Positions 49,447-63,809 of a stretch of 64,000 bases of DNA are shown in pieces. Origin of the DNA: Lingula anatina (lineage: Eukaryota; Animalia; Brachiopoda); contig CM120640.1 of NCBI GenBank assembly GCA_051362555.1, forward strand, positions 42,262,788 to 42,326,787. Direction: 5' to 3'. The notes beneath the pieces were generated by a model, which did not search any database, had not been told where the DNA came from, and worked only from the letters and a program-made list of their open reading frames with translations. The stretch's first letter is position 1, and each line of letters opens with the position of its first letter. The position numbers and the translations under genes were made by a program.

Positions 49447-51405
49447 TCACATTTCGAAGCAATTATGAAATCCTGTCAAGCAATCAACAAGAAACACGCA
49501 GTATGGGAAAACACACCAAGAAGCAACAAGTTAGCTGGAGATGGGACTACATCTACGTGTAAAGCACACAAAGAGGAAAAAAGCCTTCTCCTGAAGTGTG
49601 GCTCAATCTACATATGTCAAAGCACACACTAGCAGATGACTTACTTGGACTGTAGTGTATCATGTAATTGTTGCAGAATATCTGCCGCCCTACGGTGATA
49701 ATCTTCTTGGGCCTCAATAAAGGAAGCCAACTGGGAGATTTGTTCAACCTGGCCAGACAGAACAGTGGTTAATAATGCCATAACCAAGCAGACCATGCAC
49801 TACTGTGGTTGGACAAGGACAACAACAGACTGCATCCATAAATACTCTACACTGATATCACCCATGCTTGGGGCTTCCATCTTATGCGTGCACCAGAAAT
49901 GCATTTTATAATATATCAGTCTACTGTTGCTATAGGACCAATACGCCCATGTTAAAATGCAAATATCTATTCACATTAATAATAATTTAATAAATAAATA
50001 ATGCACGCATACAAACAAAAACATCACAACCTTTTGACCACACCATCCCATTCACAGACTACATATCACTGAGAGTTGTTATATGATGCAGTCTGCTCAT
50101 GCTGGATATTTCAAGTGTGTTAAAATGCCCAGACTTTGTGGGGGACTTACAGCTCCTCCAGGCTACTGAGGAGACCCTGTAGCACGTCTCCTGCCCGGCG
50201 GTGGTAATCTACCAGGGCCTCAGTAAAATTACACAGCTGTGCTATTTGCTCAACCTGATGGAAAGAGTTAGGCCTTTACAGTTGAACAATTGCACACAAA
50301 ATCTTTGCTTTTAAATTTCCACCTAGCTGAAACATCACCTTGTCCTTGGTCAAATCAAATATGATGAAATCATCAGCTTAAAATTTATCATGTCAACAAA
50401 TTTAGATGTGATGTAGTATATGTGTTCAACAAAACATCAGAGTATCTGCATCTCCATTTAATTTCAAACATCTACAAATGATACAACTATCACAAAAAAA
50501 AAAATAAATAAATAAATAAAATATGAAAGTGACATATGGACTAACTTTATTATAAATTAAGCCATTTTCTAGTAAGAGACATTTTTTTCACTTTTGTAAT
50601 TCTGTTTGGCTACCCACCCCTGTTGCTGTACTTGCCAACAGCAACACAATCATGATCACAACAATGATCACACCTAACACAACTAAGCACACACTCTTAC
50701 ATCATTCTCCAGTAAATTGTGCATGGCAGTCTCTGCCAGCTGCTTGGACTCCTCAAACTTCTCCTCTGCCTGCTGGAGCTCATCTTCTGATATTGCAGAA
50801 CCTTGTAAAACAGTACAGAAAATTAACTTAACCGCAAACCAAAGAAGACTTCATCTTAAAAGAAAATGGTACTGGTAAGTCTCAACCAGAAAATAAGTGT
50901 ATTTTATTCAACATGTAGAACCCGCTGAATACCGCCTTTACTTTGCATTTATACTGTATGCTGGTCATTTGTAGTACAGAAGTTGTTTTTAATCTATGTA
51001 TACTGTTGTATTCATACTTAATGTGCCAGAAATTGTAGTTCATGCACTTAATTTTATCACTTGCTAGAAAAAGAATCTCAATTAGTGCAAGTGCAAGATT
51101 ATTACAGTAAATACTTTTTTAACAAACAAACATTTGGCTACAAATAAAGCTGCTAAAAGCTGTATAATCTGGCGTTTTCATTTCACATGCATTTTTATTT
51201 CTTGATATTACAAAACAATATCACAGTATTTTTGTCCTCTTCATTCCTCTTTTCATGCAACCTTCAACTTTCGTGAAAGTTGCATGAAGAAGAAGATGCA
51301 GCTCTTTAACATTCCTTCAATGTTCAACAACAAAAAGAGCAAATTTTATTTCCTCAGCCAATTAATATCATTATACTTTCAGGCAGAGCAAACCCCCATT
51401 TCCTA

Positions 51406-51452
<47 letters not shown>

Positions 51453-54400
51453 ACCACCATGCTACCCTCTAGGAATATTCAAACATCATCTTCATTGTAG
51501 TCATTATTATTATCATCATAGTTATAATTATCCTAATAATTTTATATTAACAAAAGTTAAAATAAACAAAATACTAAAACATGCAGGTAACAAATCCCCA
51601 TGCATTATATGCTGCCACTCTTCATTCGTGTTCCAACACTCATGCAGGTAAAAACCCTTTGGAAAAACCATATACAAAGAGACAGCAGCCATCCCCAAAC
51701 TCCGTGTGCTATCTAATTGCACTTTTTTTGTACCAGGAAGCATACTGCTTTCTCTTTTGAATCATTTTTTCTTCTAACAGACTGATGCTGATCCTATGGT
51801 CATAAATTATCTTGGTAAAAAAAAGTATTTTTTACCTGTTTTATCTATGCATCATCAAAATAAAAATCTAATATTTCTAATCACTCCATGTTTCAGAGCA
51901 CAGCTGTGTCATTATATGTTGTTCAAGTTGTAGCATCATTTATTGCATAATGTATGTGTTTTCTTTCCTATGTGCATATGTATGGCCCATATCTTGTGTC
52001 TGTGAAATGAAGGCCTGGTATAAAGCCCTGTGCATTGATATATATACAGGAATTTCTGTCTTCAAATAATTTCTTGCAAGCTCACAATTCTTCAGAGTCA
52101 TTTCTTTTTTATTGAGTGTTTTTTTCCAGAAGAAGAAGAATTTAGAGGTTACAAAAAATTATTTGAAGACATCAGAAAATCCTAGGTGTATCAGCTTGCA
52201 CACAATTGGGCTCTATAAAACAAATATGCTGAACAAAGATTTTAGATGCAGGTGCTGCACACATCTTCTAGGCCTGGAAATCTCACCTGACGAGCCATAG
52301 GTTATCTAGGGCTCAGGTGAGAAATTCAAGGTAATCTTATCTATATACATAGCACCTATACTACAGCTTTTACAGGCCGAACCCTAGACTGCTGACATTT
52401 ACTGTAGCAACTTAATTGTTGGAAATTGACTACATAAATTTAAAAATGCATCCCACATAATTAAGATTGTCAGGGAGGTGAGCCTATGGCATGCTTGTGT
52501 CAGAGTTTCATATTTCTTTTCATACTTTATAAAGGGGTGTCAGCAAATGATATCTAAATCTTATCTCTTTTCAATCCAAAATTTTGAGTGCATATGTCAT
52601 CTTAGGCCAACTTGGTAAAAAATCCTCCTCTCAACCCGAAAATGGCACTGTCTATTTAGAAACCAATGAAGGATTAACCCTCAAAAGTTTGCAACATATT
52701 TTGCAGTTTGTAAAAAATAAATAAATAAATAATTAAATAAATAAAAGAAAACTGAACCAAATGAAATCCCGTTCTGAACATTCCAACGTGCTACCATATT
52801 TTAATCCCACTTAACCAAACACATGCAAAAAGTGGAACAGACTCAACCTGATGCTGGTGCTGAATGGGAACAGAAAAAATAGAACTTGTCATCAAATATA
52901 TTCATTCAAATACAGCTGGGATTGCAAGCTATATTCAACATGATTAAGACTCAAAAAGGACAAAATAGTTGACTTACAGTCAATTCAATATAAATATATA
53001 GCGCTGAACAAATTAGAATTAAATGTTGAAATTTTTGGTTAAATAGCCAATGTAACAATATATTACTGTCGTAGCTTTTGCATCAAGCTAGGCAGAGGTC
53101 ACAGCAGGTGCCTGTAGATACACACATATATATGGGTTTTCAGTGAGCTTTGAGCAGGAGGCAGAACTAATAACTAAATGGAATGACATGGACAGATCAG
53201 CCTTGTCAAGCTACCAGCATTGCATGTTAAATCTGAACCTGAAATGCTGATGCAGCTGTAACTAGAGCTGAGCTCTTTTTTGGTATACCAGCAAAATTGT
53301 AGTCAGAATAAGGCTTTACATTGGCATAGAGACGTATCACAATACTAAAAATAAAAAAATATAAAAAGGCTTTCAGCATCACATTTAAGATATACTAGCA
53401 ATATATACTAACCACATGACACATTTAGTGACACAGACAATATTAGTGACATGCCTGACATTGGTGACAGGTTTGACGTGACTTCAGGCAACCTTGTGAT
53501 ACAACAAGACACAATGGTTGCCATGGGTCATCTCCAGGCAATTGAACTGCCTCCTGCTTTGCATCTCTTACTACATCTTCATGTTAACAGTGCATGTTAT
53601 ACAATTATCATCAGCAGCCAGTGAAAATGTGAGAAGCGTATGCACTGGGTGCCAGTAACATATAACCAGATCATATGGCATTAAATCCTAATGTTTATCA
53701 TTTCACCAATATTCCTTTCAAACAAAATGGAGTTAAACAGCATTATCTAATAAAATTTACTAAGGTTTAGTGGCAATATATTCTGGTTATATCTATGACA
53801 GTTACTATGTCTACTTAAGCCAGCAATAAAGAAAGCAGGGATACTTAGCCATTTGGAGTAAAAAATATTTTACCTCCTAAAGATAGAAAAGAAACAGAAA
53901 ATCATTGTTAAGTCAACATCAGTGATCACTATATTGCAAAAAAAAAAAAAAAAAAAATTATTATGAAGTCTTATTCACACCAGTTTTATATGTTAGTTCT
54001 TTAAAATAAGGGGCAAATAACATGCAGTTCACCACAAGAGGTGACACATCTATGGAAATATGACCAATATGCTAAAACAGGGTAGAGTTCTCAAAATTGG
54101 GGAGAAAAAAAAAAAACAAGATCAGAAACAGTGAGACAAACAAACATTTGGTATCACAAGCATTAGAAGGGTGAGCCACTCAATAAACCAATGGCGTCAA
54201 AAAATTTCCAATGCTTACCTTTGTCCTTTTTCCTCTTCTTGCAGTCATAATCAAGACGCCTGCCTCCTAGTTTCTTTCTGTGGTGCTGAGAAAGTAAAAC
54301 AAGCACATACACATAGACACACTTCTATGGGAACATAGAAGGATGTAAAAGGAGATGAAGTTACAATATGTAAATGGTTTACTTGAGCTGGCCAATGAAC

Positions 54401-55113
54401 TGATTACCTATTGTACTTGGAACAATTCCTTTAGGTTGCCATCTCATGTTTACTTTGCAAGACAACATTAATTACTCTTTTATCTGCTTTCTGTTCTTAA
54501 CACTGGAAACTAACCATACAACAAACAATCCTTTATTATTAACAAGTAAAAGCATTATTTTTCTGAAAAAAAAAGAGTTGACATTTTAAGGAAACATATT
54601 TAACAAATTAACTTTTTTATGATAAAGACCAAGACCATTCACACTGGTGAACCTGCTCTGCAGATTGAGAAAAATAAAATCAATACATATGAACAATTGT
54701 AATCAATTCTGAAAGATCTGACCTGTCAGTTTATGCAATATTTACATTGACTTCTTTGAGGTCCTTGTTCTGCAGGTGTTGAAGTGGTTCCAGGAAGTTC
54801 TGTTTTACACTGTCTTCCAAGGCATATTTTACATCTGCTAATTGCTTGAAGGACTCTCCTGCTTCAACCAAACACTGACCTGGAACATAAAGAAATATAA
54901 ATAATTATGGCCTATAAAACAAATACACATATCTATAAATTTTAAAACTGAAAAAATTGTGAAGGAGAGAGTATTCCCCTATAGTGTAATTAATGGTGGA
55001 ACCTCCACAAAGATACTAGTTCAGCTGTATTATGAATGCTTAATGTGAAAAGGCCATCTGACTACAGCTAACTTAAATATTCTTATTATAAAGTTGGTAT
55101 TAACCATATTCAT

Positions 55114-55175
<62 letters not shown>

Positions 55176-58100
55176 ACCATAAAAATATCTGTAGACCGTG
55201 CTTAATTTATCAGCATGCACTTATGTTTAATAAAGACTGAGGGATAACCTTATTGTCAACAACAACTACAAAACATTTCATCTACATCAGTTGCCCATCC
55301 CTTTATAAGACTGACAGATCATAAGCACATTCATGCCAAAACCAGATCATATTATTACCAAAACTGGAGTCGTCTCCCAAGTCTTTGCCATGCTTTATCA
55401 TTGTCTCCCCCAAAATACCCTCTGGCTGTGGGTATGCTGTCTGTTTGACCTGTCCTCTCAGCTTGGATATAGTGTTCACTGTCATCAGCTTAGCCCGGGA
55501 GGCTGTCAAAAAAAATTATTTAAATAAATAATAATAATAATAAAATGGAAGACAAATTTAAAAACACATGGGTTATAAGTTAAACTGCCCTGTGCAGTGG
55601 TCAATACACAAAGTTTCAATAATTTCAATATAGCAGATGGTGGTTGAAACCACTTCAAGGGATACAAGTGACGGAAAATAAGTACCCATATGGCACATGC
55701 CAAGTAACTAAAGTAATCCCATGTGAAAAGTAACTTCATGCCATTATGACTTGACCTCAGCTTTTAATTGTAATTACATAAGGATATAAAACCATATTTC
55801 ATCAGCAATATGAAAGACAATGTCAAATTTGCATCACACAGAAAGTAGAATCCATCTTAAATGTGTAAATAGGATCAATAATAAGGCAAGTATCTATTTA
55901 TGTGTGTCAGTGCCCAATAAATACAAACATCAGTGCCATGAACTGTAACATAAATCAGTAATTATGTTAGCATTTATTTTTATACTTCAATCATTTTTGC
56001 CCTTTCATATTTAGATCATAGATATGTCCATCAGCGTATACTTATATATTTTTTTAATCCAACTTTCCCTTAATCATACTTTTCATAATCAAATATGACA
56101 TACAACAGTGAAAAATTAAGGCATCATGACAATGCTGATTTGAAATTATGTTATCCTGGACACTGCCCAACCCACACATAACTCTGTTCTTAGATCTTTG
56201 TCACCAGGGTAATACTTGTTACTGCACCAGTGCAGCATTAAATTGCATTTGTTATTTTGCAATGTAGTAACTTTATTTGAAAAACAAAACAAGTTAACAT
56301 TAAACATTGATGTCAATAATTAGTTATGGAAGAAACTAATGCAAGTTATACGTTGCCAGACAATTAGTGAAGAAATTGTCTCATAATAAATGCTCAGGCA
56401 TTAAACAAATGCCATTGCTCATTTGCAGAACGCAAAAATGAATACAACAATTATTATTCAACTAAACTGCAGAGAAATATCACACAGTATTGCTGCAGAA
56501 AAATAAAATCTATGTCAACAATATCAATTCAATAATAAAAAGACATGACTTTTTAATCTAAATCAAAATACACTCAATCACATATGAGTTGCTATATATA
56601 AACAACCAGTGTATAGCATATAAGTTAATGGTTAGCAAAGCAGAGAACTGGGGCATAATTATTTATGTACCAGCAAACAGATGAGGGAATTCTTTTGTAC
56701 ACAGGTTATGTTATTCTGATATGCCTAACTGCTAATCCAAACTATGAAGAAACCAATTTCTCATTGCTCTGGTATGTGGTGAGCTCAGAAAAAGTAAAGC
56801 AATTTGATACATCTATTTCTCTAAAAAAATTGAAAAACATTATGCATTATGAAATCCACACAAGAAAAAAATCTGGTAGGTCCCAGAAATTTTCAGCATG
56901 TGTATTAAACCACTTCCCAGTCTGGGAAACCTTCCTCATGATTTATGTGTAATCTTGGCAAAAACTACACATCCCTTCACTTGAACATATAATGTTACCA
57001 GGAAATGCCACACAGCTCTTTGCTTTGCTTGCAACAAGTGTCCACACAAACTTGGAATATAACACAACTACTCTAAAGAGTCAAAATAATATTGAACAAA
57101 AAAATTCATCAAAGGTGCAGTATAACAGGAGACTTTTTAAGAGTTGCACAACTTAAAGAATGTTATTTTCTTGACATATCTCTACTCACTCATTGTTGCT
57201 GGAGGATAAAAAGAAATGTGAAACTGGTTTAGAGTAGAATTCAATCGATGTTAATTACTTTTAGAAGTTAAAGTTTTTGAAATGTTATCAAAAATTAAAT
57301 AAGGCACTGAACTTGTCTCTTTTTTTTAATCAATGTTAAAAATGGATTGCTTTTCTTTATTTTTAAAGGTTATAGGGGTGTGCAGGAGGATACAGTGTAA
57401 AGGACATAGAACTAGCATCATTATCAACTTTAACCCCTCTGAAATTTTACTGTCCAGCCGATAATAGTGTACAAAGAGATTCCCTTCATGACCTCATGGT
57501 TATAATATCATGGGATAATTTCATCTTTATGTGATAATACCAAAACTTGTGTATTTTACATAATTTCTGAAGTTAAAAAGCTTAAAGGGTTCAATATTTT
57601 TGAATAAGACATATACTGAAAGTACATGTCTTTTAAAGGCAAAATGAGAATGAACTTTAACCTCAAGTCGTTACAATCAGTTGCCTACATAGTGATAGGT
57701 ACAGACCTTACCATTAACCTACCTGCTACCATCAAACATTATCTTATAACCCCTGACAATCAAAATCAGGTCACTTCTAAAGACTATATTTTATAGTCCC
57801 AATACATGTAATCACACACATCAATGTCAAGTGGCTTCTGATGACTTGTCTGTTGAATTGTAATACAAATATATTTATTTCAGCAAACTGAAAACCCTGA
57901 TGTTTCAGTGGTCATGATAAAAACTATAATTTGCCTCTCATCTGTTATGCTATGGAAAGGGGCTAATTTTGTACATCCTAACCTTCCCTACCTTCTGTCT
58001 CTACTTTTTGACAGAGCTAACATACATGCTGACTTTCCAGTCTACATGCTTACATTTCAGGTGCTGTGAGCTCATCAGCAAAACAGATTCAAGAAATGGG

Positions 58101-58414
58101 CTTCTTATTTCATCTTAGAGGAAAACAGGGAATTAATTGCAGATTAGCAAGGAGAAATGGTCTTTAAATTTCAGTAAGGAACATTAAATGATTATTTCCC
58201 ATCTAAAAATGTTTTAAACTTGACAAGGTCAGCCAATCCAAGCATCACCTGACCCACATACAAGAATGTAAATGACATGCAGCATTCATCTATTTCTACC
58301 TGCCATGTGCAATACTTTACCTGGATTAGGCTGTAAATACTCCTGTGTACGAGCCATCACATCTTCCACCAGCTTTCCAGTCACATCTATTTTCTGAAAT
58401 AAATAAATATTTAA

Positions 58415-58445
<31 letters not shown>

Positions 58446-61400
58446 ACAATAACTAAGAATGTCTGATTGCTGCCTTCCCAATTTACTTGGACAAAAAACA
58501 TCAAATTCCTTTTAAACCTTTTGCCATGTATGATGGGTCCAAGCTCAACACAGGGACACTTGATTTCACCATATGTCAATTACCCCCCCCCCCCCCCCCA
58601 TGTTATTAAAGGGGGCAGCTAATGTTAGACTCATATTCATGTTGTAGCAGAAATGTGTGTTTCCCCATACAATTTTGCTTTGCATTGTCTGAGCTATTGG
58701 GCATTGAGAGATTTACTCCAGAGGATCATTAAAGACCCCATTTCCATAGATTTTAGATCGATCTATCCCTGTGGGGAGTCTCACTTGATTATTGTCAGCT
58801 TAGCCTGCTTAAGCGTCTGTCCCGCCTACTGAAAGCTGTAAGGGGGTAATTAACTATGGTGTCGGCTCGGCTGACTGCAATTTAGCGTGAACCCCCAGGG
58901 AGTTAGGTGATCTAAATCTTAATCTCTGGATCGATCTAAATCTCTGGGAATACACCCAAAGACACAGGGATCTACTAGGAATTACTATTCTGTCAAGTGT
59001 TGCACAAATATTGCAAGCAGTTCAGTTTGGATAGAAAATTATATGATATTTGTCATTATGCCATTTCGTAAAGACAGATCTAGGTGCATAATAAAATACC
59101 AGAATCTATATTCTTAATATTTCAATAAAGTGAACTCCCCTCTTATTCAATTATACCTGTACAACATTTTAAAAAAATATGCTAACCAACTAACATGTAC
59201 GTTGTAAGGAAACGTAATCTGTACAGTTTAAAGAAAACCTTTATATCATTATAAATGAATAAAGAGAACAGTTTTAAAGGGATATTTGTTAGTGAATAGC
59301 ATTTGCATACTGTTCTTATGAAATTCAGTAGCCCGCATTCAGATTTACACAAGACAAATTTCTGATATATTCTCTTTATAAACTAGGTCACAATGAAAAA
59401 AACACTTTAGCATCGCCTCTGGTGGAAGGAAAAGGGGCATAAAACACTGACTTAGGCATGCCTTGAACCTTACAAAGAATAACCTGGTTGATAACACTGT
59501 GAAAGGAAGAAGAAGATCTACTTTGATATACTGATGATACAGGTATCAGAATTCCTTCAAATGCACACAGACATACTCTCAGTGCTGAGATAAACTTTTT
59601 TCTTTTCTTGAAAAAGAATTTGAAGCGGTATCCATAGTTTTGATACCAGAAGTCAAGTTATTTGCCTTACACAAATGACTGCTTAGAACATGATGCTCAG
59701 AGAAATACAGTCTTAAATCCAGATTCCACTTTATGCAACATCTCGCGGAAAGCCCCACTCAAAATCAATGCACACACTTGGATTGGTAGACTTATTCACA
59801 TGGACAGAGATCCAATCAATACCTTCTGCAACTCCCCAAAGATACATGGCATATTGGAATCTCCCTAATATCCCTATAAAGCAAATCACAAATGAACAAA
59901 ATAATGACTGAAATTTTGCAAGAATCAGTCTCTGCTTTTGAAATATTACAATATTTTGAAAAAATATATCTGCATTTTCCTTCACATGATAAAAAAAATC
60001 ATCAAAATTCAGTTTACTTAAAAAGATATCCACATGAAGATGATGCTGAGAACACAGGCAAAGCAGTGCACAGCAGCACCCCCCACACAATAATAAAATC
60101 AATTCTACAGCTTTTCCAACAGTTATAGATTAAGACAGACCAACTCAATTTGATTCTGCTTAAGTGCATCCAGTGATTGCCGAAGCGATTACCAGGAAAG
60201 AACATTATGAGCAGTGAAGAAAAAATGTATATATAGATTTCACTGACAATATGCTGAATGCAACAAAGGAAATGCTTTAGTATTATAATAACGAAGTTCT
60301 GTTTAGCATTTTCATTAGCAATTCTACAGAGCTATTGAAATCAATTGACACTTGTTCACGCTGACATATCCGCAACTTTTCACTCCCTTCACTTGCAAAG
60401 AAAATGCCTTACTAGTATGTGGTTGGCAAAACCTAGTACATTATGAAAAGAAAACAAACACAACCTCAAGGAAAACTCAAACATCCAGGAACAATGCCAA
60501 TTATGTCTTCAAGGCAATTTTTAAATTATTTTTTTATTACCATAAGTATTCTTCTTGTCTTCCATATATTACCTGTTTGTCTTAATAATGACAATTATTT
60601 CCATTGCTGCCTACTTACTTTGATCAAAGAGGCATGGATTGCCATAAAAAATGACTGGTACCCTGTACAGCTCAATCTAGAATATCTTGCTTATAGCCAT
60701 AGCAGTAGCATGAGGAATTTGAAAAACTACACCTTGCACACACATGCTAGTAACATTAGTTCTGTGATGTTTTTTTCTGAAAGTTGCAATTAATATGGGG
60801 CATAAGAAAGCATTTAACATGTAGTCAATTAATAGTATGTAGGAAAAATGATTGTTGTTACATGTAGCAGAGCAGAGCAAGTGAAGAACACATATACAAA
60901 AAGTAAATACTCCATTTCCAGACACTCACTAAAATGAATTATGAACAATGATACTCCTTGCACTGTTACTTAAATCTAAACACTGTTCTTTACCGTTACG
61001 TTTAATCTAGTTAGTGTATAACTAAAGATTTTGGTTGCTCTCTTACACATTTTTGATTTTGACACAATGTTTATGCAAAAATATAGGTTTTAAAACCAAT
61101 ATCATTATTTTTCATAAACCTAATTATAGTACTTCAACCAAGTTAAATTTCAAATTATTTTCATACTGATTCAGTTTTAAATAAACCATATTCATCTTTA
61201 CATTAGGCCACTGGAAAAACAGTTCCAGTTTCAAAAAAGGAAGAAAACTTCTTTTTATTTTTGCAAATTTGAGGGAGGAAATACCAAGGGATATTGCTGC
61301 TCAAAGCAAGGACGGCTTAAGTGGTTCTAAGCTTTACCCAAGAGCAGGGGAACATTCACACTAGGATATTTGGAATGTGCTTACCATTTTTGCCATTTTG

Positions 61401-61628
61401 GTATGATCTATACAGTATATTGATGGTCTCTTTTTTACTGGGATTCCACTTAGATCACACACTTTCAATAATAAGCAAAAACATTAATAACAAATAAATA
61501 ATCATCAAAGTAAGAAGAAAATGACTGTGTTATCTGAACTCATTGTTGGTTACAACAGAGAACTTATTACATTATCACTTTCAAGCATGGATTCAAACAA
61601 GTGTGTGTAAAATCTCACTTTTCTAACT

Positions 61629-61665
<37 letters not shown>

Positions 61666-63809
61666 AAAAATGGGGGCTGAAATTGATATAACATGTTGAA
61701 TTGAGCTCTGGTTGCTGAGGGCTTTCCACTGGGAGCTGGTGGTCTAGATAAAAAACGCAGAAGTTCTTAGCTTAATATTTATTTTTGCCTGCTATAACTG
61801 TTGGTCAATTGGAATTTAGGTAATTCAAATTATTCAGTTACTTTTATATATGTGTGTACTAATTTAGTTTTATTTGTTGACAAACTAAACTGATTTTTGT
61901 GTTTGATGAATCTTACTAGATTTCAGCTCTCTGATTTATAGCTTTCTTGTGAGTAATGGAAATGGTTGCAGAACCAGTTCGTAGTATTGCCTCATGTAGT
62001 TACATGTTGATAAAAAGTCTAATGTAGGTTACTCAAATGTTTGCATCAGTGGACCCCTTACCAATCTTTTTCATATCTTCACTAACATACATACAGATTT
62101 ACATTTTTTTTTAATTTGAGATCCAATACCTATTAGAATTCTCTCAGTTGGTTGAATTTCAGTCTTGCAGTTACATAAGCCTTAGCATAAAGACACAAAT
62201 ATTGATCTTAATATCTATACATCAGTTGGCTCCAGATCTGAGAAGACTTACCCTCTCCATTTCCAGGAATTCCTCATCAAGTTCTGTTCCTTTGGCACCA
62301 CCAATTTTTTCACTCATAAACTAAAAGTAACAAAAGAACATTTCATTTTGACAACCTTTTCACTTCTGAAAATAAAAAAAAAAGAAAAAAACACATCATG
62401 TAAATGCTTCCCTCTACCTCTAGAGAGATTCACAAAAGCAAGACAAAATGCAAGCTAAGAATCCCAGAGACAATATATCATTATATGTAGGAGAAAAGGG
62501 CAGAAGAAGAGGGTTTGTGTAATATTGTTTGTCCACTTATATCTGTAACACTTCAATTTTTCAATGAAAATATGTAAATTTCTCAATATATCAAAAAGAA
62601 ATTATACAACTGCTTTAAATATACTACGCAATAACAGTGGAAAAGGGGAATGTAAATCTCTACCTCTGTGAACATCAGAAGTTCATGAAGTATCTTGAAC
62701 CTCAGGCAATTCTAATAAAGCTCACATATATGAATAATGATAAAGAATCAAACTAAAATAAATCATTAATCCAGAGTGAAAAGATAGCAAGGTCTAAACC
62801 AAAGTTAATTCTAGGTCTGACCTCCTGATAAGAAAGATCTTCAGCATGTTGTAACCTTAAGTAATACTATATGACAGCTATTCTAGTTTACAACATATTT
62901 ATTGAAAGATAAATTCAAATTTAGAGACTTCCAAAGGATATTCCCTAATTGCAAATAATTGTTGAAGTGTCCAGTGTTTTTAAATGATTCACAAACCAGT
63001 TAAATGTCAGAATTGTAGTTTATTCAATTAGTTGTACCTGATTTATCTAAAAAGAAATAAAATCTACCAGCCAAGCGAAATATGGTCAAGAAAAAAAAAA
63101 GTTAAAACCTTGTATGAAATTTAATACTGTCATACTTAATATTTCATAATGAAACTAATAATAACTTATAAAATTGAGTTTTAAGAAATTGTAATAATAA
63201 AGTGACTAAAAATAGGACTTTAAGACTTTATGTAGAGCTATGCTGACATACTTCTCAGTTTAAAATTTTCTTTGCTGTTATAATACTTTAAGTTGGTTTC
63301 ATCATAACAACATAAAAAAAAAATCAAAGAGTTTTTGAATGTAAATCTGAACTTCTATCCCTTCAAATTATTGTAACACTAAAAGTTAAGAAAGGAAAAG
63401 GTCTTCACAACTACTTATAACATTGGTCTTAAAGACACATTGTGGTTTTCAAAAAGAAACACTTGACGTCCTTCTAAAAACGATGTAGTCATTCGATAAT
63501 ATTAGTGTAATGATTCATTGGGATTAACCTGCAAATTTCTCTTTCACCCTTACTACAATTCCAAAGATTAAAATAAACTTAACCTTCATAAGGCTACTTT
63601 ACTCCACCAAAATGTCATATCAAACCAAAAAGAGGGTTACATTCGTTTGAAGTGTCTTTCCTAAAGATAATGAGGTAAATCACGCCCCTTTATTTTTAAA
63701 CAAAATAACCCCTTTTAATATAAAACTTTACTCTCATTTCAAATAGATTGTAAATGTAACCAACCTGGTTAGCCTTGTTGAACTGCTTTCTTAAGCCCGC
63801 TAGAGACAT
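45960..63809 (-). CDS. EndoA: Endophilin-A (SH3GL1/2/3 family; N-BAR plus SH3), 10 coding exons, 357 aa
   Basis: Exons (- strand): 63765-63809 ([15 protein letters not shown], amphipathic H0), 62252-62320 ([23 protein letters not shown]), 58321-58393 ([24 protein letters not shown]), 55359-55502 ([31 protein letters not shown]), 54746-54879, 54219-54285 ([22 protein letters not shown]), 50701-50801, 50151-50254 or 49645-49748, 46482-46630, 45960-46147 (SH3: [29 protein letters not shown]). The motifs are hallmark endophilin-A; total 1074 nt in frame. Confidence 0.96.
47660..48284. mobile_element. TIR element (625 bp) in endophilin intron 8; Harbinger- or Kolobok-like
   Basis: Perfect 17-bp TIR AGGATATTGTTACCCTT / AAGGGTAACAATATCCT flanked by TTA/TTA. 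Confidence 0.75.
49645..49748 (-). CDS. EndoA: Endophilin-A exon 8b (mutually exclusive variant)
   Basis: 104 nt, cag/GTAAGT, phase 0->2; encodes [35 protein letters not shown], homologous to exon 8a. Confidence 0.88.
50151..50254 (-). CDS. EndoA: Endophilin-A exon 8a (mutually exclusive variant)
   Basis: 104 nt, cag/GTAAGT, phase 0->2; encodes [35 protein letters not shown]. Confidence 0.88.
51407..51451. repeat. Poly(A) tract, about 45 nt
   Basis: Seen directly. Confidence 0.9.
52848..52859 (-). CDS. Candidate 12-nt in-frame microexon of endophilin-A (adds APAS)
   Basis: Context ttttttctgttcccattcag|CACCAGCATCAG|gttgagt; phase 1-1 between exons 6 and 7; a TGCATG motif lies about 20 nt downstream. 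Confidence 0.6.
55117..55172. repeat. (TA)n microsatellite in endophilin intron 4
   Basis: Seen directly. Confidence 0.95.
58741..58950. mobile_element. MITE-like repeat, same family as 21329-21561
   Basis: Shares ggggagtctca, aagctgtaagggggtaatt and ccccagggagttag in reverse orientation. Confidence 0.7.

Noticed and set aside
57430-57593. Possible piggyBac-like MITE (TTAACCC...GGGTTCA)
   Set aside because: The termini are too short and degenerate to support a call.
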